Shown: piece after piece, positions 20,277 to 30,128 of the stretch | Layout: the number at the start of each line of letters is the position of its first letter | How positions within the stretch are numbered: the first letter of the stretch is position 1 | Assembly (NCBI GenBank): GCA_963785725.1 | Contig: CAWAWS010000002.1 | Coordinates: 128,001-192,000 of the forward strand | Direction of reading: 5' to 3' | DNA: 64,000 nucleotides | Origin: an uncultured delta proteobacterium | GTDB lineage: Bacteria > Myxococcota_A > Polyangia > Palsa-1104 | Notes under the pieces: model-generated | The model's input: only the letters and a program-made list of their open reading frames with translations | The model's database searches: none | Told to the model about the DNA's origin: nothing | Made by a program: the position numbers and the translations under genes

Positions 20277-21299
20277 TTACTTGCAGTAGCCGATCTCGGT
20301 CGTGGTCCCGACGGTGCCGGCGTAGAGCTTGGTCGGCTGCGAGTGGCAGGTCTGCGTGCCCGTGCATTCGGTCCCGCCCGAGACGTGGCACTGCTTGTAG
20401 CAAGTGGCCGAGAACGTGCCGGCGATGCAGGCGTAGCCGGCAGCGCACAACGTCGGATCGCCGATGTCGGCGCCGGTGCCGGTGCAGTCGACCTTCTGCG
20501 TGCCCGAGGCCGTGACCGGCGCCATGCAGTAGCTCGAGCCGTCGGTGTTGCCGAAGCAGTTCACGCCCGCGCCACACGCGGTGTAGCCGCTGGCGCTCGA
20601 CTGCGGGTTCGTCGGATCGCAGTACGACAAGCAGATCGAGAAGCCGGGGATGGGCGTGGCGACGCCGGTCGAGCTGTTGACCGAGTCGACGGCGACGCAG
20701 TCGCGATGCGCGCCGCCGCAGTCGGCGTCGACGCTGCAGAACGGCGAGCACACGCCGTCGACGCACGACGAGCCGGCGACGCAGACGCCGTCGCCGTTGG
20801 CGCCGGTCTGATTCGGATCGCAGCTGCCCCACAAGCCGACGGTGCCGACGGCCTCGCATTGGGCGGCGCCGGTCTTGGTGTTCTCGACGTTGCAGTTCTG
20901 ATTCGCCGCGCAGCCGCACTGCGGGAAGACGTTGCACGTGCTGCCCGAGATCGTCGGCGTGCACACCGCCTTGGCCATATCCGGCGGAATCGGCTGCGTC
21001 ATGTCGATCGGCTTGGCCAGGTCCGGCGGCACGATCGGATTGGCCATATCCGGCGGCGGAGGCGGCGGCGTCGTCACCGACAGATCGGCGCCCGGCTCGG
21101 GCGGCTTCGCCAGATCTTGCGGCGACGCGCTCAAATCATCGCCCGGCTGCGGATCGGGCGGCGGCAACAAGTCAGGCCCGCCGACGCCGCCGGTGCCGAA
21201 CGACAGGTCGGGACCTTTGTCGATTCCGATGCCGCCCGGCGGTGCAGCGGCGGCGCAGCCGAGGGTGGCGAGCAATGCACACAACGCGGCAATTTTCAC
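20277..21299 (-). CDS. Cys-rich lipoprotein with Pro-rich PDL/PDMA linker repeats
   Basis: Lipobox TLGC; repeated PDLS/PDMA/PDLA; many Cys in the C-terminal half. Confidence 0.8.
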   Translation of the reverse strand: MKIAALCALLATLGCAAAAPPGGIGIDKGPDLSFGTGGVGGPDLLPPPDPQPGDDLSASPQDLAKPPEPGADLSVTTPPPPPPDMANPIVPPDLAKPIDMTQPIPPDMAKAVCTPTISGSTCNVFPQCGCAANQNCNVENTKTGAAQCEAVGTVGLWGSCDPNQTGANGDGVCVAGSSCVDGVCSPFCSVDADCGGAHRDCVAVDSVNSSTGVATPIPGFSICLSYCDPTNPQSSASGYTACGAGVNCFGNTDGSSYCMAPVTASGTQKVDCTGTGADIGDPTLCAAGYACIAGTFSATCYKQCHVSGGTECTGTQTCHSQPTKLYAGTVGTTTEIGYCK

Positions 21300-21497
21300 G
21301 AAGTCTCTCCCACAACTGCCCACATCTTGCGCGAGCGTAGCAGAAGCGACACGCCGATGTCGCCTCGCGGCAGAGCGCGACCCTGCTCGTAAATATGCGA
21401 ATTACCTAGAAACAGAGAAGAAATATGGTGTGCCGACGAACGAAAAGGACGAAACGAAGGGCGGGCGACGAACGATTGCGCTACGTCACAGCGGCGT

Positions 21498-22025
21498 TCA
21501 GAGCCGTTCGATCAGCGAATCGCCGAGGCCCGACTGATCGATCTTGCCGAGCCAGATGCGCCAGGTCGCCTTCATGAAGTCGTCGCCGGGGACGCTGACC
21601 GTGCCGCCGGGGCCGGTGATCGTCGTCGCTTTCTTGCCGGCGTCGTAGCGAATCGTGACCTCGTCGCCCTCTTTGCAGTCGCGGCTGAGCGCGTTGACGA
21701 AGCTGTCGATCTTGCCGGCGTCGCCGTAACCGTTGGCGGCGTAGGCCTCGCGCAGCGCCTCTTGCATCTTGGACGCGCCGACGTTGCGCAGCATCTTCCA
21801 GGTGAAGCGCTTGTCGATGTCGGCGTCGATGACCGCCTGCTTCGACTTCTGCGGCGGCAGCTCCTTCATGTAGTGCCCGATCTCGTAGACCTTGATCTTC
21901 ACGAAGGCGATCTTCTTGACGCGAATCCCTTCACCGGTGTGAAAGAAGCCGTCGGAGTCACGCTCGAGTCCGAGCGCGGGCGACGACAACAGCGCGACGG
22001 CGGCGAGAGCCAACAAAGTACGCAT
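21498..22025 (-). CDS. Secreted chalcone-isomerase-like protein
   Basis: Signal peptide; GEGIRVKKIAFVKIKVY and F.KA.WRIWLG typical of bacterial CHI-like proteins. Confidence 0.75.
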   Translation of the reverse strand: MRTLLALAAVALLSSPALGLERDSDGFFHTGEGIRVKKIAFVKIKVYEIGHYMKELPPQKSKQAVIDADIDKRFTWKMLRNVGASKMQEALREAYAANGYGDAGKIDSFVNALSRDCKEGDEVTIRYDAGKKATTITGPGGTVSVPGDDFMKATWRIWLGKIDQSGLGDSLIERL

Positions 22026-22110
22026 GCAGAACCTCCGCGGCGGAGCCTACAAGCCGAAGCGCGGCCAGACAACCCGCTATCGTCGGTGTTCCGGCCCTTA
22101 CAAATGTTAC

Positions 22111-22152
22111 ATCGGCAACTATTGCACACCGCTTATGTGCACTTTTGCCGAT
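22111..22152. promoter_or_regulatory. Nested palindrome, candidate enhancer (UAS) site
   Basis: ATCGGCAA/TTGCCGAT arms enclosing TGCACA-N7-TGTGCA. Confidence 0.5.
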
Positions 22153-22372
22153 CGGGTGCGCACGAGTCGGTCCCTATGTGCACGTGGAAACTGACCTCCA
22201 CGCAGCGCTTGCCGAGTCGAGAGGACAATATTTGCCCATTTGTGGAAAACCCGGTGTGTCGAAATGTGACATGGAACTTGTTTTCCTCTGCGCACGCGCG
22301 ACCGGCCCGTCGAGACGCTTGTCCGCCGCGGAGTTCGGCGAATGCGCGACTTTTGGCGGTCGCTCGACGAGC

Positions 22373-22388
22373 AGGCATGGCAGCTGCA
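22373..22388 (+). promoter_or_regulatory. Putative sigma54 (-24/-12) promoter of the rpoH-like gene
   Basis: AGGCATGGCAGCTGCA: GG-N10-GC spacing, about 30 bp upstream of ATG. Confidence 0.55.
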
Positions 22389-22416
22389 CAAGGGGGCCAG
22401 CCAGAAGGAGAACGCC

Positions 22417-23274
22417 ATGGCCCTCTCTACGACGCCCTCCACCGCTACGCTGAGCCAGCCCGCCGAACAGGAGCTTTCGCGCCTGTGGATGCAGGAGAAC
22501 GACATCGACGCGCTCGGCCAGCTCATTCATGCGCACCTCGGTCTCGTCATCAAGATCGCGACCGAGTTCCGCAACTCCGGTCCCTCGATGGAGGACCTCA
22601 TTCAAGAGGGTCACGTGGGCTTGACGATCGCGGCCCGCCGCTTCGATCCGTCGAAGGCCACGCGCCTGGCGACCTATGCCACCTACTGGATTCGCGCCTG
22701 CATGATGGAGTTCGTCGTGCGCTCGCATGGCCCCGTGCGTATCGGCACGACGCGCTCGCAGCGCAAGATCTTCTTCGGCCTCGGCCGCGCGCGGCGCCGG
22801 CTCGAGCGCGAAGGGCGCAACGTCTCGGCGGACCAGCTGGCGTCGATCCTGGGCGTGCCCACGGACGACGTGGAGTCGATGGCGACGCGCTTGTCGGGCC
22901 ATGACGTGTCGCTCGACGCGCCGCGCAGCCAAGACGACGAGCGCAAGCCGGGCACGATGCTGGCCAGCGAAGGCCCGACGCAAGAAGACCTGTTCGCCGA
23001 CGGGCAGGAAGAGAGCTCGCGCAAGTCGCTGCTGCACGAGGCCTTGAAGCAGCTCGATCCGCGCGAACGTGCCATCTTGAAGGCGCGCCACATGAGCTCG
23101 CGCCCGATGACCTTGGGGACGCTGGGCAAGAAGTTCGGCATCAGCCGCGAGCGCGTCCGCCAGCTCGAGCTGCGCGCGGTGGCCAAGCTGCGCGCATACT
23201 GCAACGGTGAGGGCGGCCTCGGCGACTCGCGCCGCGACTTCTTCAGCGCCAACGACTCGGCGTTGGCCGCTTGA
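22417..23274 (+). CDS. RNA polymerase sigma factor, RpoH/sigma32-like
   Basis: DLIQEGHVGL, FDP, RLATYATYWIRA, RpoH-box-like TRSQRKIFF, FGISRERVRQLE; SD AAGGAG. Confidence 0.9.
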   Translation: MALSTTPSTATLSQPAEQELSRLWMQENDIDALGQLIHAHLGLVIKIATEFRNSGPSMEDLIQEGHVGLTIAARRFDPSKATRLATYATYWIRACMMEFVVRSHGPVRIGTTRSQRKIFFGLGRARRRLEREGRNVSADQLASILGVPTDDVESMATRLSGHDVSLDAPRSQDDERKPGTMLASEGPTQEDLFADGQEESSRKSLLHEALKQLDPRERAILKARHMSSRPMTLGTLGKKFGISRERVRQLELRAVAKLRAYCNGEGGLGDSRRDFFSANDSALAA

Positions 23275-23288
23275 GCCTGGAGGCACTC

Positions 23289-25022
23289 GTGAGTGACGCC
23301 CTTTCGATCCTGATCGTCGACGATGATCCGAGCAACCTCGAGTACCTGAGCGCGCTCGTCGAAGCGCTCGGTTACGACGCGGAGACGGCTGGCAGCGGCC
23401 AGGCCGCGCTCGCCCGTTTGGCGCAGCCGCCGCGGCCCGATCTCGTCGTCATCGACGTGATCATGCCCGAGCTCGACGGCGTGGAGACGCTGCGTCGCTA
23501 TCGCGCCGGCGGCGGCAAGGCGCCGGTTATCATGTGCTCGGCGCTCGACGAGGCCGACACCGTCGTGCGCGCCATGCGCGCGGGCGCCACCGACTACGTC
23601 ACGAAGCCCTTCAACCCCGACGAGCTGCGCGAAATTCTCGAGCGCGCCGCCGGTTCCAGCGGCAAAGCCGCCGCGCTGCCGACGCCGAAGCAGGGCGATC
23701 GTCCGTCGCTCGGGCTGTCGCCGTCGATGCGCGCCATCGACGAGCTCATCGAGCGCATCGCCGACGCCGACGTGCCCGTGCTCTTGACCGGCGAATCGGG
23801 CGTCGGCAAAGACGTCGTCGCCCGCGAGATCCACGCGCGCTCGGCCCGCGCCGGGCGCGTGTTCGTCAAGATCAACTGCGCCGCCCTCCCCGCCGAGCTG
23901 CTCGAGTCGGAATTGTTCGGCCACGAGCGTGGCTCGTTCACCGGCGCCGCCAAGACCAAGCCGGGCCAGTTCGAGCTCGCCGACGGCGGCACGCTCTTCC
24001 TCGACGAGATCGGCGAGATGCCGGTGTCGATGCAGGCCAAGCTCCTGCAGGCCTTGCAAGACGGCGAGTTCTATCGCGTCGGCGGGCAGAAGAAGATCAA
24101 AGTCGACACCCGCGTCATCGTCGCGACCAACGTCGATCTCGGCAAGGCCATGGCGCGCGGCACCTTCCGCGAGGATCTGTACTACCGCTTGAACGTCGTC
24201 GAAGTGGCGATTCCGCCGCTGCGCGAGCGTCGCGACGACATCCCGCGACTGCTCGAGCACTTCCTCGACAAGTACGGCAAGCGCTATCAGCGGCCGATGG
24301 ACGCGGTGCCGCCCGAGGTCTTCCAGCGCCTCATCGCCTACGATTATCCGGGCAACATTCGCGAGCTCGAGAACTTGGTGCGCCGGCTCATCGTGCTGCG
24401 CGATCCGCGCTACATCTTGGGCGAGCTGCAGACGCGGCCGGCCAATGCGCCCGCGCCGAGCGCCATCGACGCGGCGGCGTCGCCGTCGAGCGGGCAGCTC
24501 CTGCCATTCCCGAACGACGGCGCGGCCTATCAGAACCCGTCGTTCACGCGGCCGAGCCCGCCGCAGCAGCCGCCGAGCGGCCCGACCCAGCCGATGACGT
24601 ACGGCTACGCGCCCGGGCCGGCGCCGGGAACGCAGCCCGGCCTCATGACGGTCAGCGTGCCCTACGAGACGCCGACGGCACCGCCGGGCCAGATCGACGA
24701 CGAATACCGCATCGACCTGAAGGAGCTCGGACGCAAAGCGGCCAACGCCGCCGAGCGCGAAGCCATCGTCATCATGCTGCGCCACACCGGCGGCAACAAG
24801 CGCGAGGCGGCCGAGCGCCTGGGCATCAGCTACAAGGCGATTCTGTACAAGATCCGCGAGTTCGGCATCGGGCGCCCGCGCAATCGGCGCCCTAATCCCG
24901 CGCCGGTGCCGGTCGCCGCCAGCGCGGTCAGCACCGACGAGACCCCCGACGACGACGAGCTCGACGACGGCCCCGGGACGATCGCTGGCACGACGGATGC
25001 TGCTCTAGGTTCCATTGGATAA
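23289..25022 (+). CDS. Sigma54-dependent response regulator (NtrC family: REC-AAA+-Pro-rich linker-HTH)
   Basis: REC DVIMP/KPF; GESGVGK, ESELFGHERGSFTGA, FLDEIGE, FREDLYYRL, YPGNIREL; Fis-type HTH. Confidence 0.95.
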   Translation: MSDALSILIVDDDPSNLEYLSALVEALGYDAETAGSGQAALARLAQPPRPDLVVIDVIMPELDGVETLRRYRAGGGKAPVIMCSALDEADTVVRAMRAGATDYVTKPFNPDELREILERAAGSSGKAAALPTPKQGDRPSLGLSPSMRAIDELIERIADADVPVLLTGESGVGKDVVAREIHARSARAGRVFVKINCAALPAELLESELFGHERGSFTGAAKTKPGQFELADGGTLFLDEIGEMPVSMQAKLLQALQDGEFYRVGGQKKIKVDTRVIVATNVDLGKAMARGTFREDLYYRLNVVEVAIPPLRERRDDIPRLLEHFLDKYGKRYQRPMDAVPPEVFQRLIAYDYPGNIRELENLVRRLIVLRDPRYILGELQTRPANAPAPSAIDAAASPSSGQLLPFPNDGAAYQNPSFTRPSPPQQPPSGPTQPMTYGYAPGPAPGTQPGLMTVSVPYETPTAPPGQIDDEYRIDLKELGRKAANAAEREAIVIMLRHTGGNKREAAERLGISYKAILYKIREFGIGRPRNRRPNPAPVPVAASAVSTDETPDDDELDDGPGTIAGTTDAALGSIG

Positions 25023-25039
25023 TCTTTGGAGCGAGCGAC

Positions 25040-25291
25040 ATGGCCAAGGCTACGAAGCAGCGCATCCGTCACCGTGAACCGATGAAACTGATGGCCGCGG
25101 CATACACCGACGCGGTCCGCGACATCCTCGCCAGCGACGGTCACTTCCACCTCGCCGGCCACGGTCGGCACGACGGTGGCTGGGCGTTCGACGGCGCGCG
25201 CTGGACGCGCGTGCATCACCTCGACGACGGCCCGAGCCCCCACGCGCCCGTCGCACGCGAGTCGTTCGACGACGTGGCGGCCGCCGGCTGA
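25040..25291 (+). CDS. Hypothetical protein (83 aa)
   Basis: SD-like GGAG upstream; ORF fills the gap. Confidence 0.55.
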   Translation: MAKATKQRIRHREPMKLMAAAYTDAVRDILASDGHFHLAGHGRHDGGWAFDGARWTRVHHLDDGPSPHAPVARESFDDVAAAG

Positions 25292-25311
25292 CTTGGGCTA
25301 AGCTGCGACCA

Positions 25312-25563
25312 ATGGCCGACGAAGACGAGTACAAGCTGCCCAAGCCGGCGCCGAAAGAGATCGACGAAAAGCTCCATCTGCAGCTGCGTCATCTCGCCGA
25401 AGACGCCGTCTTGCGCGGCGCGCCCAACGGCGACGAGCGCTGCGACAACTGCCTCTACTACATCGAGCCCGACGAGAAGCTGGCCTATTGCTGGCATCCG
25501 AAGCTGCGCATCCTCGTCGGTGCGGCGTGGTGGTGCCAGTGGTGGGAGAAGATCGAAGACTAA
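25312..25563 (+). CDS. HiPIP-like (high-potential iron-sulfur) protein without signal peptide
   Basis: CDNCLYY...YC...WWCQWW four-Cys and aromatic pattern. Confidence 0.7.
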   Translation: MADEDEYKLPKPAPKEIDEKLHLQLRHLAEDAVLRGAPNGDERCDNCLYYIEPDEKLAYCWHPKLRILVGAAWWCQWWEKIED

Positions 25564-25636
25564 ACCGTGTCTCTTGGCTGGTGATCCATCGCGAGATCCA
25601 GCGTCCTGCGCCGGCTCCTCGCCCATGCGATACTGC

Positions 25637-25679
25637 TTAGTTCGCGGCGCGAACCAATGCCGTTCGTAGCGCGAACTAA
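25637..25679. terminator. Hairpin between convergent genes (possible bidirectional terminator)
   Basis: TTAGTTCGCG ... CGCGAACTAA 10-bp arms plus inner pairing. Confidence 0.5.
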
Positions 25680-25687
25680 TTGGGGCG

Positions 25688-27295
<1,608 letters not shown>

Positions 27296-27328
27296 CCACA
27301 CGCACACTACCACAACTGGGTAGAGGTT

Positions 27329-28117
27329 TCACGCGACGGGTAACTCCGCGCAAATTTGGGTGCCGCGCTTGTCTTTTTCCGGCGGCGGCCCGTAGCGGAA
27401 GGTGCCGCCGATGGCGCGGATGCGCTCCTGCATGCCGACCAAGCCGAAGTGGCCGTCGCGCGTCGCTTCCGGCGCCGAGGGATCGTAGCGAATGCCGCGT
27501 CCGTCGTCGGTGACGGTGACGACGAGCTGGTTCTGCCCGCGCGTCAGCGACACGTGCGCCGCCGTCGCGTTGGCGTGGCGAACGACGTTGTTGAGCGCCT
27601 CTTGCACCAGCCGATAGCAGGCGATCACCGAGTCGGCGGGCAGCGAATCGACGTCGCCTTCGACGCGGCAGTCGATGGCGATGTGCGCGTGCTTGGCCAT
27701 GCGGGCGCCGAGCGCGCGAACCGCCTCGGCGAGGCCCAGCTCGTCGAGAATCGCCGGCCGAAGCTCGTGCGAGACGCGGCGCATCTCGGTCTGGCACTGC
27801 GCCGCCAGCGCGCGCACGTCCTCGACGCGCGCTTTCATCTCGCCCGGCGCCGCTTCGTGCAGCATCTGCAGCTCGATGTTCACCGCCGTCATGATCTGCC
27901 CGACGCCGTCGTGGAGCTCGCGCGAGATCCGGCTGCGCTGATCCTCCTCGGCGCGAATCAGCTCGACGGCAAAGGCGTGCAGCTTGGAGTTCCGCTCGGC
28001 GAGCTTCTCTTCCAAACGGCGGTTACGGCGGGACAGACGCAATGTGAGGTAGATCACACTTGCGTTCCCACACAGGAGCATCAGGGCCACGGCGGCGGCT
28101 GCATGTCCCCACGTCAC
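27329..28117 (-). CDS. NarX/UhpB-type histidine kinase (HisKA_3) with one TM helix and no sensor domain
   Basis: RISRELHDGVGQ, LRPAILDELGL, QEALNNVVRHA, DDGRG, FGLVGMQER. Confidence 0.9.
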   Translation of the reverse strand: MTWGHAAAAVALMLLCGNASVIYLTLRLSRRNRRLEEKLAERNSKLHAFAVELIRAEEDQRSRISRELHDGVGQIMTAVNIELQMLHEAAPGEMKARVEDVRALAAQCQTEMRRVSHELRPAILDELGLAEAVRALGARMAKHAHIAIDCRVEGDVDSLPADSVIACYRLVQEALNNVVRHANATAAHVSLTRGQNQLVVTVTDDGRGIRYDPSAPEATRDGHFGLVGMQERIRAIGGTFRYGPPPEKDKRGTQICAELPVA

Positions 28118-28154
28118 GCTGTAAGTGTAATCTTAAAGTGCTAAGGTAGGAAAC

Positions 28155-28775
28155 ATGCGAACGCGGGTTCTCTTAGTTGAAGATCACACGGTCGTGCGCC
28201 AAGGGTTGCGCGCGCTGCTCGGCGCCTCGGCCGATCTCGAGGTCATTGGCGAGGCTGCCGACGGTATCGAGGCCGTGCGGCTGACGACGGAGCTCAAGCC
28301 CGACGTCGTTGTGATGGATCTCTCGCTCCCCGAATTACACGGCACCGAAGCGATCAAACGCATCCGGGAACAATCCGACGCCAAAATCGTCGTGCTCTCG
28401 ATGCACTCGTCGCCGGCCGTCGTGCAGCGGGCGCGCGAAGCGGGATGTCACGGCTACGTCGTCAAGGGCGCCGATGTCAGCGAGCTGGCGCGTGCCATTC
28501 GCGGCGCGCTCACCGGTCAGCCCTATTATTCGTCGGAGGTGCTCGACGCCGCGTCGGCATCCAATCCGATCGATCGCTTGAGCGGTCGTGAGCGCGAGGT
28601 CTTGCAGCTCATCGCCGAGGGCAACACCAACAAGTCGATCGCGCAGCGGCTCGGCATCAGCGTGCACACGGTCAACGCGCACCGCGTGAGCTTGATGTCG
28701 AAGCTGGATCTACACGACGCCCAGGGCTTGACCCGCTTCGCCATTCGTCACGGGCTGGTAGACACCAACCGCTGA
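28155..28775 (+). CDS. NarL/LuxR family response regulator
   Basis: VEDH, DVVVMDLSLP, LSGREREVLQLIAEG.TNKSIA..L.ISVHTV. Confidence 0.95.
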   Translation: MRTRVLLVEDHTVVRQGLRALLGASADLEVIGEAADGIEAVRLTTELKPDVVVMDLSLPELHGTEAIKRIREQSDAKIVVLSMHSSPAVVQRAREAGCHGYVVKGADVSELARAIRGALTGQPYYSSEVLDAASASNPIDRLSGREREVLQLIAEGNTNKSIAQRLGISVHTVNAHRVSLMSKLDLHDAQGLTRFAIRHGLVDTNR

Positions 28776-28778
28776 TGT

Positions 28779-28838
28779 AGCAGGTTCGCGTCCAGAAAGT
28801 TTTCGTCACTACGCAAACTTTACTGCGCGTTTCCTGCT
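28779..28838. other. Long imperfect inverted repeat (terminator or activator site)
   Basis: AGCAGG/CCTGCT, CGCG/CGCG and AAAGTTT/AAACTTT nested arms. Confidence 0.5.
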
Positions 28839-28843
28839 GAATC

Positions 28844-28877
28844 GGACGTAAGTCGCGTAACAACGTGACTTACGTCC
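28844..28877. promoter_or_regulatory. 15-bp inverted repeat abutting the sigma54 promoter
   Basis: GGACGTAAGTCGCGT-aaca-ACGTGACTTACGTCC (1 mismatch). Confidence 0.7.
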
Positions 28878-28893
28878 CGGCAAGCCGCTTGCA
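28878..28893 (+). promoter_or_regulatory. Putative sigma54 promoter of the pil operon
   Basis: CGGCAAGCCGCTTGCA versus consensus TGGCACG-N4-TTGCA; GG-N10-GC. Confidence 0.7.
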
Positions 28894-28908
28894 CAGGCGA
28901 GCGGCACC

Positions 28909-29682
28909 GTGACGAATTCACGCCCTCCTCGTCGGCGACGACGCGACCGCGGCTTCTCGCTGCTCGTCGTCTTCATGCTCATCATCGTCATGGTCGGCGC
29001 CGCGGCGACGGTCATGCTCTCGACGCAGCAAGATCTCTCCGTCGCCGGCCAGGATCGCGAGGCGCTCGAGTCGTTCTATGCCGCCGAATATGCGGTGGCG
29101 CAGGCCAAAGACTACATCGCGTCGCTGACGACGGTCTTTTGGGGCGGCGCGGGGCCGGGTTGGACGCCGCTGTTGTCGTCGGGAATCGTGCAGCTCTGCG
29201 CGCCCAAGGGCGTCGCGTCGCCGCCGACGGCGCCGGGCACGCAGCTGCAGGCCACGAACCCCTACAACAACGCCTGGTCGATTCCGACGCCAGCAACGGG
29301 CACCAACGTGTTCGCGATCGGCACCAACAGCGTGCAGTGGGCCTGGTGCGTGCACAACGACGCCGAGGACATCAACTACATCGACTCGACGAAGGACACC
29401 GGCGGCGTCACCGGCGACAACAACGACGCCAACGACGCCTACCACCAGATCGTCATCGAGGGTTACGGGCAGATCGTGCCGACGGGCGTGACCAATCCCG
29501 TGCCGCTGGCCAAGGCGCACGTCACCGTCTACATCGGACCGCCCGGCAATGCTCCGACGGTGGCCGACAGCTGCTACCAGCAGCCGGGCGGCTGCGGCAC
29601 CAAGACCGGCAACGGCGGCGCCTCGGAGCAGAACATCACCGTCATCAACAACGGGGCTTCGACTACCGTGAGGGGGTTGTAA
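28909..29682 (+). CDS. pilX: Type IVa minor pilin PilX
   Basis: Prepilin site RG/FSLLVV without Glu5; SFYAAEYAV; first gene of a pilin/PilY1 cluster. Confidence 0.8.
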   Translation: MTNSRPPRRRRRDRGFSLLVVFMLIIVMVGAAATVMLSTQQDLSVAGQDREALESFYAAEYAVAQAKDYIASLTTVFWGGAGPGWTPLLSSGIVQLCAPKGVASPPTAPGTQLQATNPYNNAWSIPTPATGTNVFAIGTNSVQWAWCVHNDAEDINYIDSTKDTGGVTGDNNDANDAYHQIVIEGYGQIVPTGVTNPVPLAKAHVTVYIGPPGNAPTVADSCYQQPGGCGTKTGNGGASEQNITVINNGASTTVRGL

Positions 29683-30128
29683 TGCGTCATTTGCTCGCGC
29701 TCGTCGTGATCGCGTGGGCCGTGCCGGCGCTGGCCGACGCGCGCGGAACGTCGGTCTATCAGGATCATTGCGCGCGCTGCCACGTCGTCGGACAGGGCGC
29801 GCCGCTGCGCGACAAGCCGAAGACGTTCATCGACATCACGCTCGCGGCCAAGCAGCACGATCGCAAGTGGCTGCTGTCGTTCATGCAGAAGCCGACGAGC
29901 GAAAAGGCCGACTCGGCGTGCCGCACGAAGCTGAGCGAGAAGGACGCGGACGACGTCTATCGCTTCCTCAAGAAGCTGTTGAAGGCGCCGCCGCCGGCGG
30001 ATCCGAACGCCGCGGCGGCGCCGCCCAACGCGATGCGGCTGAGCACCGGCAAACTGACGGCGGAGACGCCATGGCAGACGGCAGCGCCACCGCCCGCGCT
30101 CAAGCCGACGGGGATGGTGCATCGATGA
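29682..30128 (+). CDS. tfcP: TfcP-like non-canonical periplasmic cytochrome c
   Basis: Signal peptide, single CARCH, Cys (DSAC) where the axial Met usually lies; between pilX and pilY1. Confidence 0.75.
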   Translation: MRHLLALVVIAWAVPALADARGTSVYQDHCARCHVVGQGAPLRDKPKTFIDITLAAKQHDRKWLLSFMQKPTSEKADSACRTKLSEKDADDVYRFLKKLLKAPPPADPNAAAAPPNAMRLSTGKLTAETPWQTAAPPPALKPTGMVHR

